This document shows, piece after piece, positions 1 through 8,631 of a stretch of 64,000 nucleotides of DNA. A program made the translations under genes and the position numbers. The stretch lies in assembly GCA_021823625.1 (NCBI GenBank), contig JAKANS010000003.1:5782-69781 (forward strand), in the 5' to 3' direction. The notes beneath the pieces were generated by a model, which searched no databases, had not been told where the DNA came from, and worked only from the letters and a program-made list of their open reading frames with translations. The DNA is from a bacterium. GTDB lineage: Bacteria; Verrucomicrobiota; Verrucomicrobiia; Limisphaerales; J093. Position 1 is the first letter of the stretch. Each line of letters begins with the position of its first letter.

Positions 1-2120
1 GCGTCGGCCTGCGCGGTCGCGGTTTGTTCGAGCGCGGAATCGCCCGCGGCCCGCGCCAGTTGGGCGAAGGCCAGCAGCGAAGCCAGATAACGGTTCGCGT
101 ACAGGTCGCCGCGCGCGCCATCCGGGCGCCAACCGGATTTTTGCCAGTCCGCGAAGCAAGCCTTCAATTCAGGCCACGCCGCCAGGACGCGCGCCTGTTC
201 GCCCACCCGCTCCGCGTACAAGCGCACCGCGTACAGGTTCCCAAACGGGTGTGCCGGCCGATCCGACCCGAGCCGGTTCAACTCTTCGTCAGGCGCTGCG
301 AACCGCGCGCGCCGCGCGCCGGCGCGCAAATCATATCGGCGCCGCTCAGTGAAAGGCGGGTGTTGCGTCCACTCGGCGGCCAGCCAGGCGCGAACCTGTT
401 CCTGAAGCGGGCCGCTCATATGCGGGTAAGCCCACGCCAGCGCGGCAAACGCTTCACCGCTGTCGGCAAAGAAAAACTCGCGCCCCGCGAGGCCCGGCTC
501 GACGAGCAATGGTGCCCAGCGCTGCGACAAAAACTCGCGCACGCCCGCTTCGAGTTCGGACTGGAGTTGTGCCGGTGAAGCGCTGGCAGCGGGTGCCGCT
601 TGCGCGGGCACTTTTACGTCGGCCGCCGCGACCGTCTTCACCTTAGCCGCCGGGCCAGACTCGCCCGCGACCAGGCACAACACGCGGCTGCCGGTGAGCC
701 AGAACAGGCGGTTGCCCGCCACCGCCACGCCGCCGCGACCCGGTCCGTGCCATTCGTTCCGCGCCCAAGGCGGATTGCGGAAACCGCCGTAGGTGTCGCG
801 TTCGCCGTGGATCGTGAACAGCCGGTGCGATTCCAGGTCAAATCCGCTCAGCGTGCCCTGGTGGGTGATCAACGCCAGGCGACCGGCCACCACGAAATTC
901 TGCGATTCGTCGGCGGTGCCCCAGAACGTGTTCCACGGCGGCTGCGCTCCGCTGGTGTGGAAGGGCGGCGCGATGCGGTTGGCCGCCAGGTCGAGCAGGC
1001 CCAGCGCGACCAGCGGCGCCACGCCGAGATTCCAATTGCCGTAGGCGCTGCGGTTGAAGACGAGCAGGCGGCCATCGGCGGTCAGCGCGGGCGGCGCACC
1101 CACGCCCTGGCAACCCGCCGCCCAGAGCACCGGTGCCAACGGCGCTTCCTCACCGGTCCCGGCATCGAGGACGAAGAACGTCCGCGCATCCGGGTGGTCA
1201 CGGAGGTAGTCTTGAACGACTTGCTGCTCGCGCGCCCAAAGTTCGGGCGTGCCGTGCGCGGCGTCGCTCTTGATCCAGGCGTCGAGCTGGCGCCAATCGC
1301 GGTCGTCCGCGCCGGCGTTGCGCGCAAGCAACGACCGGTCGCGGGCAATGCGCTGGGCCATGTTCAACGCCGGGTTGGTGCGGACGATGACGTACGTCTT
1401 CCCGCCGGTTGTGACGACCACCGGGTAATAATCGCGCGCCGACTGGCCCGCCAGCGGCCGCGAAGTCCAGCGAAGCCGGCCCGAAACGGCGTCGAAGCAG
1501 CGCACCCGCAAATCCTCCGTTGTGACCCAAACCCGGCCGTCCGCGGCGGCAGCCGTCTGGCGCACCGCCGCACCGAGATCGGCCTGCCACTGCACTGCGC
1601 CATCCGCCAGCGCCACACTGAAAAACCGGCCGTTCCGCGAGCCGATGAAGACCCGACCGTCGGTGATCGTTGGTGACGCCGCGAAGCTGTCCAAGGCGAC
1701 TCGCCAGCGCGCGACACCAGTCGCGGCGTCCAGTGCAACCAGGCCGCCACCGGCGCTGGCTGCGACGACCACGCCGTCCGCGATTGCGGGCGATTGCAGA
1801 AAAGGCGCGTCGCCGACAAACCGCCAGATCGGTTCGCCGTTGGTGGCTTGGAGAGCGTACAGGTTGCCGGCGTGCGTGGCGACGAACACGCGGCCATCGG
1901 CAACGATCGGCTCCATTGCCGTGCCGAGGCGTTCGCCGTCGAACTCCACGGCCCAGGCCAGGCGGAACGGTGGTCGCAGTTCCGCCGGCACGAAGCCGCT
2001 GTGCTGCGCGTTGCCGTGCAACGCCGGCCAATCCGCGTGCGCGAGGCAGCACAACACCGGAAACGCCACGAAGTGCAAGATGCTAACGGCGAGGAAGCGG
2101 GAACGGCTCGGCAGACGCAT
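1..2120 (-). CDS. Secreted PQQ-like beta-propeller repeat protein; the C-terminal part runs off the window edge
   Basis: Absent from the ORF track because the frame stays open to position 1. My translation from the ATG (complement of 2118-2120) gives MRLPSRSRFLAVSILHFVAFPVLCCLAHADWPALHGNAQHSGFVPAELRPPFRLAWAVEFDGERLGTAMEPIVADGRVFVATHAGNLYALQATNGEPIWRF... This is a signal peptide followed by repeated DGRVF(V/I)..G.L.ALDA.TG..W units. The other two minus frames are broken into short Arg-rich ORFs. Confidence 0.7.
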   Translation of the reverse strand, partial: MRLPSRSRFLAVSILHFVAFPVLCCLAHADWPALHGNAQHSGFVPAELRPPFRLAWAVEFDGERLGTAMEPIVADGRVFVATHAGNLYALQATNGEPIWRFVGDAPFLQSPAIADGVVVAASAGGGLVALDAATGVARWRVALDSFAASPTITDGRVFIGSRNGRFFSVALADGAVQWQADLGAAVRQTAAAADGRVWVTTEDLRVRCFDAVSGRLRWTSRPLAGQSARDYYPVVVTTGGKTYVIVRTNPALNMAQRIARDRSLLARNAGADDRDWRQLDAWIKSDAAHGTPELWAREQQVVQDYLRDHPDARTFFVLDAGTGEEAPLAPVLWAAGCQGVGAPPALTADGRLLVFNRSAYGNWNLGVAPLVALGLLDLAANRIAPPFHTSGAQPPWNTFWGTADESQNFVVAGRLALITHQGTLSGFDLESHRLFTIHGERDTYGGFRNPPWARNEWHGPGRGGVAVAGNRLFWLTGSRVLCLVAGESGPAAKVKTVAAADVKVPAQAAPAASASPAQLQSELEAGVREFLSQRWAPLLVEPGLAGREFFFADSGEAFAALAWAYPHMSGPLQEQVRAWLAAEWTQHPPFTERRRYDLRAGARRARFAAPDEELNRLGSDRPAHPFGNLYAVRLYAERVGEQARVLAAWPELKACFADWQKSGWRPDGARGDLYANRYLASLLAFAQLARAAGDSALEQTATAQAD

Positions 2121-2211
2121 GACCGCGGACTACCACACCGGTCGTGCCGTCGCAAGCGAAGGTGGCCTTGCTGGCGGGCTGGGGACAGCCGATCCTGCCG
2201 CACCCGCCACA

Positions 2212-2320
2212 GAGACGCGGAGACACAGAGATTCAATTTGGAACTCAGGAATTTGGCGACGCGATCTTTGGTTTCCGGCCTTCCTGGCTACCAAATTCAA
2301 CCTCCGCGCCTCGGCGTCTC
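2212..2320. repeat. Long imperfect palindrome: 40-nt arms and a 29-nt loop, in a divergent intergenic spacer
   Basis: Arm 2212-2251 (GAGACGCGGAGACACAGAGATTCAATTTGGAACTCAGGAA) pairs with arm 2281-2320 (TTCCTGGCTACCAAATTCAACCTCCGCGCCTCGGCGTCTC). Counted by hand, 31 Watson-Crick pairs plus 1 G:U out of 40 positions. Confidence 0.6.
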
Positions 2321-2379
2321 GGCGGTTGAGATGGCGGGGCTCAGCAGAGTTTCGCCCCACCACCGCGTTTGAGCGGCGT

Positions 2380-2407
2380 TTGACACGCCCATCGCATTTC
2401 TTATAGT
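2380..2407 (+). promoter_or_regulatory. Sigma70-like promoter of asd
   Basis: TTGACA (2380-2385), 16-nt spacer, TATAGT (2402-2407). The asd ATG at 2419 lies only 11 nt after the -10 element. Confidence 0.45.
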
Positions 2408-2418
2408 CGCCCTCCTTT

Positions 2419-3426
2419 ATGAATCGGACTCCGCACGTGGCCGTCGTCGGCGCGACCGGCGCCGTCGGCATCGAAATGATCAAGACGCTCGAGCAACGCA
2501 CTTTCCCGGTGAGGAAACTCACGTTGCTCGCCTCCGCCCGTTCCGTCGGCAAGAAACTCAAGTTCAAGGGTGCGGACGTCACCGTGCAGGAGTTGACCAA
2601 AGATTCCTTCAGGGGCATCGACATCGCCCTGTTCAGCGCCGGCGGCAGCATCTCGAAGGAGTTCGCGCCGGTCGCGGTCGCGGCCGGCTGCGCGGTGGTG
2701 GACAACTCGAGCGCGTTTCGCATGGATCCCGCGGTGCCGCTCGTGGTGCCGGAAATCAACGCGGCGGACGTGAAGTCGCACCAAGGCATCATCGCGAATC
2801 CGAACTGTACCACCGCGATCACGCTCATGGCGTTGTACCCGCTGCACGCCGCTTTCGGCTGCAAGCGCATTTTCGCCTCGAGTTACCAGGCCGTCTCGGG
2901 CACGGGCGCCAAGGCCATCGCCGAACTCGAGCGCCAGGTGGACCAGATCGTTCACGGCCAGCCCGTGACACGCGAGGTCTATCCGCACCAGATCGCCTTC
3001 AACGTGTTGCCGCACGTGGATTCCTTCCTGCCCAGCGGCTACACGAAGGAGGAGATGAAGATGGAAAACGAAGGCCGCAAAATCATGCACCACCCGACCT
3101 TCCGCGCGAGCGTCACGTGCGTGCGCGTGCCGGTGTACCGTGCGCATTCGGTGGCGGTCAGCGCCGAGTTCGAGCGCCCCGTCACCGTGGACGCCGCGCT
3201 CGCGGTTTTGCGGCAAGCGCCCGGCCTCGACGTGATCGACAATCCCGCCCAGTGCGAGTACCCGCTGCCGCTTTATCAGGCCGAGAAGGACAACTGCGCC
3301 GTCGGCCGCGTGCGGATGGATTGTGCGCTCGAAAACGGTCTGTGCTTCTGGGTCAGCGGCGACCAACTCCTCAAAGGCGCGGCGCTCAATGCCGTCCAGA
3401 TCGCCGAAGAGCTGCTCAAAGCCTGA
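2419..3426 (+). CDS. asd: Aspartate-semialdehyde dehydrogenase
   Basis: ORF track 335 aa. N-terminal VAVVGATGAVG Rossmann motif and overall Asd-like sequence (ANPNCTTI.., SSYQAVSG.G, ..GDQLLKGAALNAVQIAE). Confidence 0.95.
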   Translation: MNRTPHVAVVGATGAVGIEMIKTLEQRTFPVRKLTLLASARSVGKKLKFKGADVTVQELTKDSFRGIDIALFSAGGSISKEFAPVAVAAGCAVVDNSSAFRMDPAVPLVVPEINAADVKSHQGIIANPNCTTAITLMALYPLHAAFGCKRIFASSYQAVSGTGAKAIAELERQVDQIVHGQPVTREVYPHQIAFNVLPHVDSFLPSGYTKEEMKMENEGRKIMHHPTFRASVTCVRVPVYRAHSVAVSAEFERPVTVDAALAVLRQAPGLDVIDNPAQCEYPLPLYQAEKDNCAVGRVRMDCALENGLCFWVSGDQLLKGAALNAVQIAEELLKA

Positions 3427-3449
3427 GCCGGCTCCCGGCCCTTTATCCC

Positions 3450-3959
3450 ATGACCTCCGCAGTCGCCAGCAAATCGGTCGTGTTCCGCACCCGCTATCCG
3501 CTGGCCCACGCCTCGACCCTGGCCGCGCGCCAAAGCGCACTGGCGGCTGCGCTGGGCCGTTGTCGCAACGCTCAGGAAAGACTGGCCTGGCTGGTCGATC
3601 GCGCGCGCCAACGGCCGTCCCTGCCGGCTGACTTGCGGACCCCGGCTCAGCGCGTGCCGGGCTGCTTGTCCCAACTGTGGCTGGTCGCGGAATTTCGCGA
3701 CGACCGGTGCTGGTTCCACTGCGACTCGGACTCGCAGGTGATGCGGGCGATGGCGCTCCTGGTCGCCGAGGTCTATTCCGGCTGCACGCCCGCGGAGATC
3801 CTGGGCGACAACTACCAATGGCTCGCCGGTTTGGGCTGGCAGCAGCTTTTGACGCCCAACCGCCGGAACGCCCAGGCGCGCACCTGGGAACAAATCCGCG
3901 CGTTCGCGGCCACCCAGCTCGGAGTCGCGTCAGCCTCCCCCGCCGGCGAAACCGGCTGA
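3450..3959 (+). CDS. SufE-like cysteine desulfuration (sulfur acceptor) protein
   Basis: Internal ATG at 3450 within ORF 3117-3959. The sequence ..RVPGCLSQLWLVAEFRDDRCWFHCDSDSQVMRAMALLV.. matches the SufE/CsdE pattern around the acceptor Cys. The residues upstream of 3450 overlap asd and are Arg-rich and non-protein-like. Confidence 0.8.
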   Translation: MTSAVASKSVVFRTRYPLAHASTLAARQSALAAALGRCRNAQERLAWLVDRARQRPSLPADLRTPAQRVPGCLSQLWLVAEFRDDRCWFHCDSDSQVMRAMALLVAEVYSGCTPAEILGDNYQWLAGLGWQQLLTPNRRNAQARTWEQIRAFAATQLGVASASPAGETG

Positions 3960-3966
3960 GGTTGCC

Positions 3967-4806
3967 GTGCGTTTCTACGACGCGCACAACCACCTCCAGG
4001 ACGAGCGCTTCGCCGGTCGGCAGGCGGAACTCGTGGCGGCGTGCCGGCCCGAAGGTGTCGCGGCAATGGTGGTCAACGGCGCGTGCGAAGCCGACTGGCC
4101 GCAGGTCGCCGCGCTGGCGCGACAGTATCCCGATCTGGTGCGGCCCAGCTTCGGCGTGCATCCGTGGTACGTGGCCGAGTGCACCCCCGCGTGGCAAGCC
4201 ACGCTGGTCCGCTGGTTGGACGAGACGCCCGGCGCCGCGATCGGCGAGATCGGTCTGGATCGTTGGAAGCCGGGGCTGGATTTGCCGGCGCAGGAGGCAG
4301 TCTTTGTGTGGCAACTCCGCCTGGCGGCCGCGCGCAATCTGCCGGCGAGCATCCATTGCCTCCAAGCCTGGGGCGGGATGTTCGACCTGCTTCGCAGCGA
4401 ACCGCGACCGGCTTGCGGCTTTTTGCTGCACTCGTACGGCGGGCCGGTGGACATGGTCGCGCAGCTGGCCAAGCTGGGCGCGTATTTCTCGCTGCCAGGC
4501 TACTTCGCCCACGCGCGCAAACAGCGCCAGCGCGACACCTTCCGCGCCGTGCCACCTGACCGCCTCCTGATCGAAACCGACGCGCCCGATCAACTTCTGC
4601 CCGCCGGCCGGCCGGCCGGGCCAGGTGCGTCGGCAGATGAAACTGCGCCGCGAATCTACACATTCGAAGACCCCGCCACGGGCAAACCGCTCAACCACCC
4701 GGCGAACCTGCGGGCGGTCTATGCGTTCGCAGCAGAGCTTTTCGGCGAACCGTTGCCAGCACTCGCCGCCCGCGTCGAAGCCAATTTCTCCCGCCTGTTC
4801 GGATGA
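3967..4806 (+). CDS. TatD-family metal-dependent hydrolase
   Basis: ORF track 279 aa with GTG start. YDAHNHL at the N-terminus, IGEIGLD, LHSY.G and ETDAPDQ motifs typical of TatD. Confidence 0.88.
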   Translation: MRFYDAHNHLQDERFAGRQAELVAACRPEGVAAMVVNGACEADWPQVAALARQYPDLVRPSFGVHPWYVAECTPAWQATLVRWLDETPGAAIGEIGLDRWKPGLDLPAQEAVFVWQLRLAAARNLPASIHCLQAWGGMFDLLRSEPRPACGFLLHSYGGPVDMVAQLAKLGAYFSLPGYFAHARKQRQRDTFRAVPPDRLLIETDAPDQLLPAGRPAGPGASADETAPRIYTFEDPATGKPLNHPANLRAVYAFAAELFGEPLPALAARVEANFSRLFG

Positions 4807-4891
4807 CGGCGAGATTGGCTGGGGCCGCGGTTTGCCGGCGACGTGAGCCGGGCTAGATTGCGCGCAACTTTTTGCCGAACCAGCGATCACC

Positions 4892-5463
4892 ATGCAGTAC
4901 ATAGAGTTGTCGAGACCAGCAGCTCAAGATGCGCCGAAACTGGGCCGCATCTGTTTCGAGGCTTTTCGCGCGGTGTCCGAAGGCCACGGCTTCGAGCGGC
5001 CTTTCCCCGATCCGGAGACGGCGGCCCGGGTGCTCCAGTTGATCCTGGACCTGCCGGGCAGTTTCGGCGTCGCCGCACGCGTGGATGGCCGGCTGGTCGG
5101 TTCGAACTTCCTGCTCTTGACCGATGGGGTCGCCGGTGTGGGGCCGATCACGGTGGATCCGGCGATTCAGGGCCGTGGGGTCGGCCGGCGGTTGATGCAG
5201 GCGGTGCTCGATTACGCGGCGCAACGCGGCGTTGAGCGGGTTCGACTTTTGCAGGACGCTTGCAACACCGTTTCCCTCTCTTTGTACGCCTCGCTTGGCT
5301 TTGACCGCCGGGCCTGGATTTCTTCTTCTGCCCGCTGCGCAACACTTCGCTGTACCGCGCCACCCTCAAGAGCGGCTGCCGGCTGACCTCGATGATGACG
5401 TTGATGACGCTTGGCCCGTACGAGGAGCCGGAACCAGTGTGGCTGCCTTCGATCGCGTTCTGA
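4892..5463 (+). pseudogene. Two-domain GNAT N-acetyltransferase, apparently decayed by an internal deletion plus two +1 frame changes; the N-terminal GNAT domain ORF is still intact
   Basis: ORF 4892-5386 has a good GNAT core (..VGPITVDPAIQGRGVGRRLMQAVLDYA..RVRLLQDACNTVSLSLYASLGFD) and then an implausible tail. GPGF is encoded in the next frame at 5310-5321. FCPLRNTSLYRATLKSGCRLTSMMTLMTLGPYEEPEPVWLPSIAF* is encoded in the third frame and ends at 5463. Confidence 0.5.
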
Positions 5464-5549
5464 TCGTCGGCGGACGCGTCGTCGGCAGGTGGGTTCCGTG
5501 TCGAACGACTCGGCGCGTACGTGTTTTTACGAACGCCGCGCCAACACTG

Positions 5550-5581
5550 AAAAAGAAAAGGGACGGCGCGAACGCCGTCCC
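5550..5581 (-). terminator. Intrinsic terminator of the Gfo/Idh/MocA gene
   Basis: On the minus strand, GGGACGGCG-TTCG-CGCCGTCCC (9-bp stem, 5560-5581) is followed by TTTTCTTTTT (5550-5559). It lies about 30 nt downstream of the stop at 5612. Confidence 0.7.
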
Positions 5582-5611
5582 CAGGTTGCAGGAGGTTCGG
5601 GTTGACTAAAA

Positions 5612-6802
5612 TCAGACTTTCGCCGGCATCTTGGTCCAGGCGCCCTGTTTGCCGCTGGACTCGAGGCAGGTCTTGATGAACGCCATGCCCATCCAGCCGT
5701 CCTCGACGTTGGCATACTTCGAGCCGTCGCAGGCAAACGGCTGGCCCGCCTGGAATTTGCGCACGTCCGCCTCGAAGCACCGGTGCAGCCGCGCGAAGGC
5801 GTCGTGGAAAGCTTCCGGGTGTCCGGGCGGGATCGTCGGTTCGGCCATGAGATCGGCCGGCGCGTCTTTCGGGATGAAACCGTCGCCGGGGCTGACGGCG
5901 CCGCGGAAGTACACGCGGTCGGGCTGCCCCATGAGTTTGATGGTGATGGACTCGGGTTCTTCTGCGCGCCAGAGCAACGTGCCCTTGGTGCCGCAGACCT
6001 CGAGACCGAGGTCGTTCAAGTGGCCGATGCTGATCTGCGAGGCGCGCACCAGCGCCCGCGCGCCGTTGCTGAGGTGGCAGTACGCGGTGAAGTGGTCGTC
6101 AATGGGCCGGCCTTTGACGAAGATTTCCAAGTTGGCGGAAACCGACTCCACGTCGAGTCCGGTGACGTACCGAAGTTGCATGAGCGCGTGCGTGCCGATG
6201 TCCCCGCCGCAGCCGGAGCCGCCGGCTTTCTTGGGATCGACGCGCCACGCCGCCTGTTGTTGGCCGGTGTCCTCGAGCTTGGTCGCGAGCCAGCCTTGCA
6301 GGTAATAGCTGTCCACCCAGCGGATGTCGCCGAGCAACCCGGCGCGAACGATGTAGCGGCTGAACCGGCTGGTCCAGTGGCCCAGATACGTGTGCGCAAC
6401 GCCGAACGGGATTTTCTTCTCGCGAACCGTTTTCACGATCTTCTCCGCATCCTCCAGCGTCACCGTGAGCGGCTTTTCGCAAAACACCGGAATGCCGGCG
6501 TTGAGCGCCTTCATGGCCGGGTCGAAGTGCACGAAGTTGGGGGTGACGATGAGGATGTAATCCAGCTTCTGGTCCGCGGGCAGCGTGGCGTTCGCCGCGA
6601 TCATTTCGTCGTAGGATCCGTAACCTTTGATCGGGTACGGCCAGTTCGCGGCTTCCTCCAAGGCGATCTTCGGATCGGGGAACAGCGCGCCGGCGACGAC
6701 GCGGCGGGTGCCGTCAAAGTGAATGGCTTTCTGGTGCGGGTGGACGATGAAGGCGCCCTTGCCGCCGCCTACCAAGCCGACATTAAGAGGTCTCGGAGAC
6801 AT
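5612..6802 (-). CDS. Gfo/Idh/MocA-family oxidoreductase
   Basis: ORF track 396 aa. N-terminal LNVGLVGGGKGAF Rossmann motif, ..VFCEKPL.. motif, and C-terminal GFO_IDH_MocA-like domain. Confidence 0.88.
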   Translation of the reverse strand: MSPRPLNVGLVGGGKGAFIVHPHQKAIHFDGTRRVVAGALFPDPKIALEEAANWPYPIKGYGSYDEMIAANATLPADQKLDYILIVTPNFVHFDPAMKALNAGIPVFCEKPLTVTLEDAEKIVKTVREKKIPFGVAHTYLGHWTSRFSRYIVRAGLLGDIRWVDSYYLQGWLATKLEDTGQQQAAWRVDPKKAGGSGCGGDIGTHALMQLRYVTGLDVESVSANLEIFVKGRPIDDHFTAYCHLSNGARALVRASQISIGHLNDLGLEVCGTKGTLLWRAEEPESITIKLMGQPDRVYFRGAVSPGDGFIPKDAPADLMAEPTIPPGHPEAFHDAFARLHRCFEADVRKFQAGQPFACDGSKYANVEDGWMGMAFIKTCLESSGKQGAWTKMPAKV

Positions 6803-7168
6803 AGGTTCTATAGGCTCACTGGTTTCGATTGATGCACCCCTTCCCGAAAGCCACCGTTGGCTTCGCGGCTAGAGACGCGGATTCATTGGTGCGAGAGTAA
6901 ACCGGGGTCATTGGGCGGCAAGGTTTTTGTCGCAGGCGAACCGAAAGCCGAGTTGCCTCAAAATGAATGGCCCCGAAGAGACAGCGATGCCCAGGCAACG
7001 AGTGATCGAACGAAACGACGAATTGGAACTGCCGACGCAGAAGAAGTGACTGGGACGCCGGTGCGACGACGACGGAGCTGCTGCTCGGCTGTGATTACCC
7101 CGCCGACTCGCCGGTGACACGGAGGGTGTCAATACGGCGAATCATCGCCCAGGCAGCCATAAGCCGAC

Positions 7169-7196
7169 TTGACACCCTGACTTTGGTGGCTAGTTT
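7169..7196 (+). promoter_or_regulatory. Sigma70-like promoter of lysC
   Basis: TTGACA (7169-7174), 16-nt spacer, TAGTTT (7191-7196), about 60 nt upstream of the lysC ATG. Confidence 0.4.
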
Positions 7197-7257
7197 CCGG
7201 CGCGTCGGCCGGGCAGGCGGTTGGGCGGTTGCCTGGCGGTCGAGGCGAATTCCCAGC

Positions 7258-8475
7258 ATGGCGCTCATTGTCCAAAAGTACGGCGGGACCTCGGTGGGCA
7301 ACCCCGAGCGAATCAAGAACGTCGCCGCCCGCGTGGCCCAATACCGCGCACAAGGCGATCGGTTGGTGGTGGTGGTCTCCGCCATGAGCGGCGTGACCGA
7401 CAACCTGATCAAATTGGCCAAGGAAATCATGCCGCTGCCGGCCGAGCGCGAGATGGACATGCTCCTGGCCACCGGCGAGCAAACCACGATCGCGCTAACC
7501 GCGATGGCGTTGCAGGCGATCGGCGTGCCGGCGGTGTCACTTACCGGCGCGCAAGCAGGCATTGTGACCGACCGGGTCCACACCAAGGCCAAGATTCAGA
7601 ATATCACCCCGCGCCAGGTGCATGCCCTCCTGGACAACGGCCAGGTGGTGATTGTGGCCGGCTTCCAAGGCCAGACGCAGGAAGGCCAGATCACGACGCT
7701 CGGCCGGGGCGGTTCCGACCTCACGGCCATCGCGCTGGCGGCCGCGCTCAAAGCGGATCTTTGCCAGATCTTCACCGACGTGGACGGCGTTTACACCGCG
7801 GATCCCCGGGTGGTGCCCAACGCCCGTAAGCTGGAGGAAGTGGCCTACGACGAATTGCTCGAACTGGCCGGGGCCGGCGCCAAGGTGATGCAGCTCCGCT
7901 CCGTCGAATTCGCGAAGAAATTTGGTGTGGTTTTCGAGGTCCGCTCCAGCTTGAACGACAACCCAGGAACGATCGTGAAAGAGGAAACCAAGAGCATGGA
8001 AGGCGTCGTCGTCCGCGGCGTCTCGCTCGACAAAAACCAGGCGAAAATCACCGTTGTGGCCGCGCCGGACCGGCCGGGTATTTCCGCCCGCATCTTCAAG
8101 GTGCTGTCCGAGGCGGCGATCAACGTGGACATGATCGTGCAGAACGTCAGCCACGGCGCGGCCAAGCCCACCACCGACCTGTCCTTCACCCTCGACAAGC
8201 CGGACCTGCTCAAGGCGCAGAAGGTGATGGATGGCCTCAAGACCGAGATTGGTTTCAAGGCCATCATCGCCAACGAAAACCTTGCCAAGCTGTCGATCGT
8301 GGGCGTGGGCATGCGCAGCCATTCCGGCGTCGCGGCGAAGATGTTTGAAACGCTGGCCGCACAGGACATCAACATCGACATGATCTCCACCAGTGAAATC
8401 AAGATTTCGGTGGTGATCGATCTCGCCAAAGGCGAGCAGGCCGCCCGGGCCATGCACGACGCCTTCGTCAGTTGA
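7258..8475 (+). CDS. lysC: Aspartate kinase
   Basis: Internal ATG at 7258 of ORF 7114-8475 gives MALIVQKYGGTSVGNPERIKNVA..., the canonical aspartokinase N-terminus. Two C-terminal ACT-like repeats are present. Confidence 0.95.
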   Translation: MALIVQKYGGTSVGNPERIKNVAARVAQYRAQGDRLVVVVSAMSGVTDNLIKLAKEIMPLPAEREMDMLLATGEQTTIALTAMALQAIGVPAVSLTGAQAGIVTDRVHTKAKIQNITPRQVHALLDNGQVVIVAGFQGQTQEGQITTLGRGGSDLTAIALAAALKADLCQIFTDVDGVYTADPRVVPNARKLEEVAYDELLELAGAGAKVMQLRSVEFAKKFGVVFEVRSSLNDNPGTIVKEETKSMEGVVVRGVSLDKNQAKITVVAAPDRPGISARIFKVLSEAAINVDMIVQNVSHGAAKPTTDLSFTLDKPDLLKAQKVMDGLKTEIGFKAIIANENLAKLSIVGVGMRSHSGVAAKMFETLAAQDINIDMISTSEIKISVVIDLAKGEQAARAMHDAFVS

Positions 8476-8631
8476 CCGGGAAAACGACGGGCGCAAGCCG
8501 AGGCGAGCTTGGGCCAACACACGGAGTTCAAGCTGCCCAAGCCCGCCGCCGCTTCACTCGAAGCGACAACTCTGGCTTAGCACAGTCAATGCCATGCCTC
8601 GGGCAGGTCGTCTCGCCATGCGCGTGGCAGT

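Noticed and set aside
2401-4902. Very long ORFs antisense to, or out of frame with, recognisable genes. Examples are 2401-4902 (-) 833 aa, 31210-33054 (-) 614 aa, 37924-39840 (-) 638 aa, 54594-57263 (+) 889 aa and 60689-63970 (-) 1093 aa.
   Set aside because: Their translations are Arg/Ala/Gly/Pro-rich and featureless. They overlap genes with clear family motifs on the other strand or frame. Long stop-free antisense frames are expected at this G+C content.
6803-7168. Possible lysine riboswitch or other leader RNA in the 455-bp spacer upstream of lysC.
   Set aside because: The best promoter for lysC (7169-7196) lies downstream of this stretch. By eye I could not find the conserved L-box words (AGAGGCGC, GGAGAGC and others). 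Most of the spacer more likely serves the divergent oxidoreductase gene. A cmscan against Rfam would settle it.
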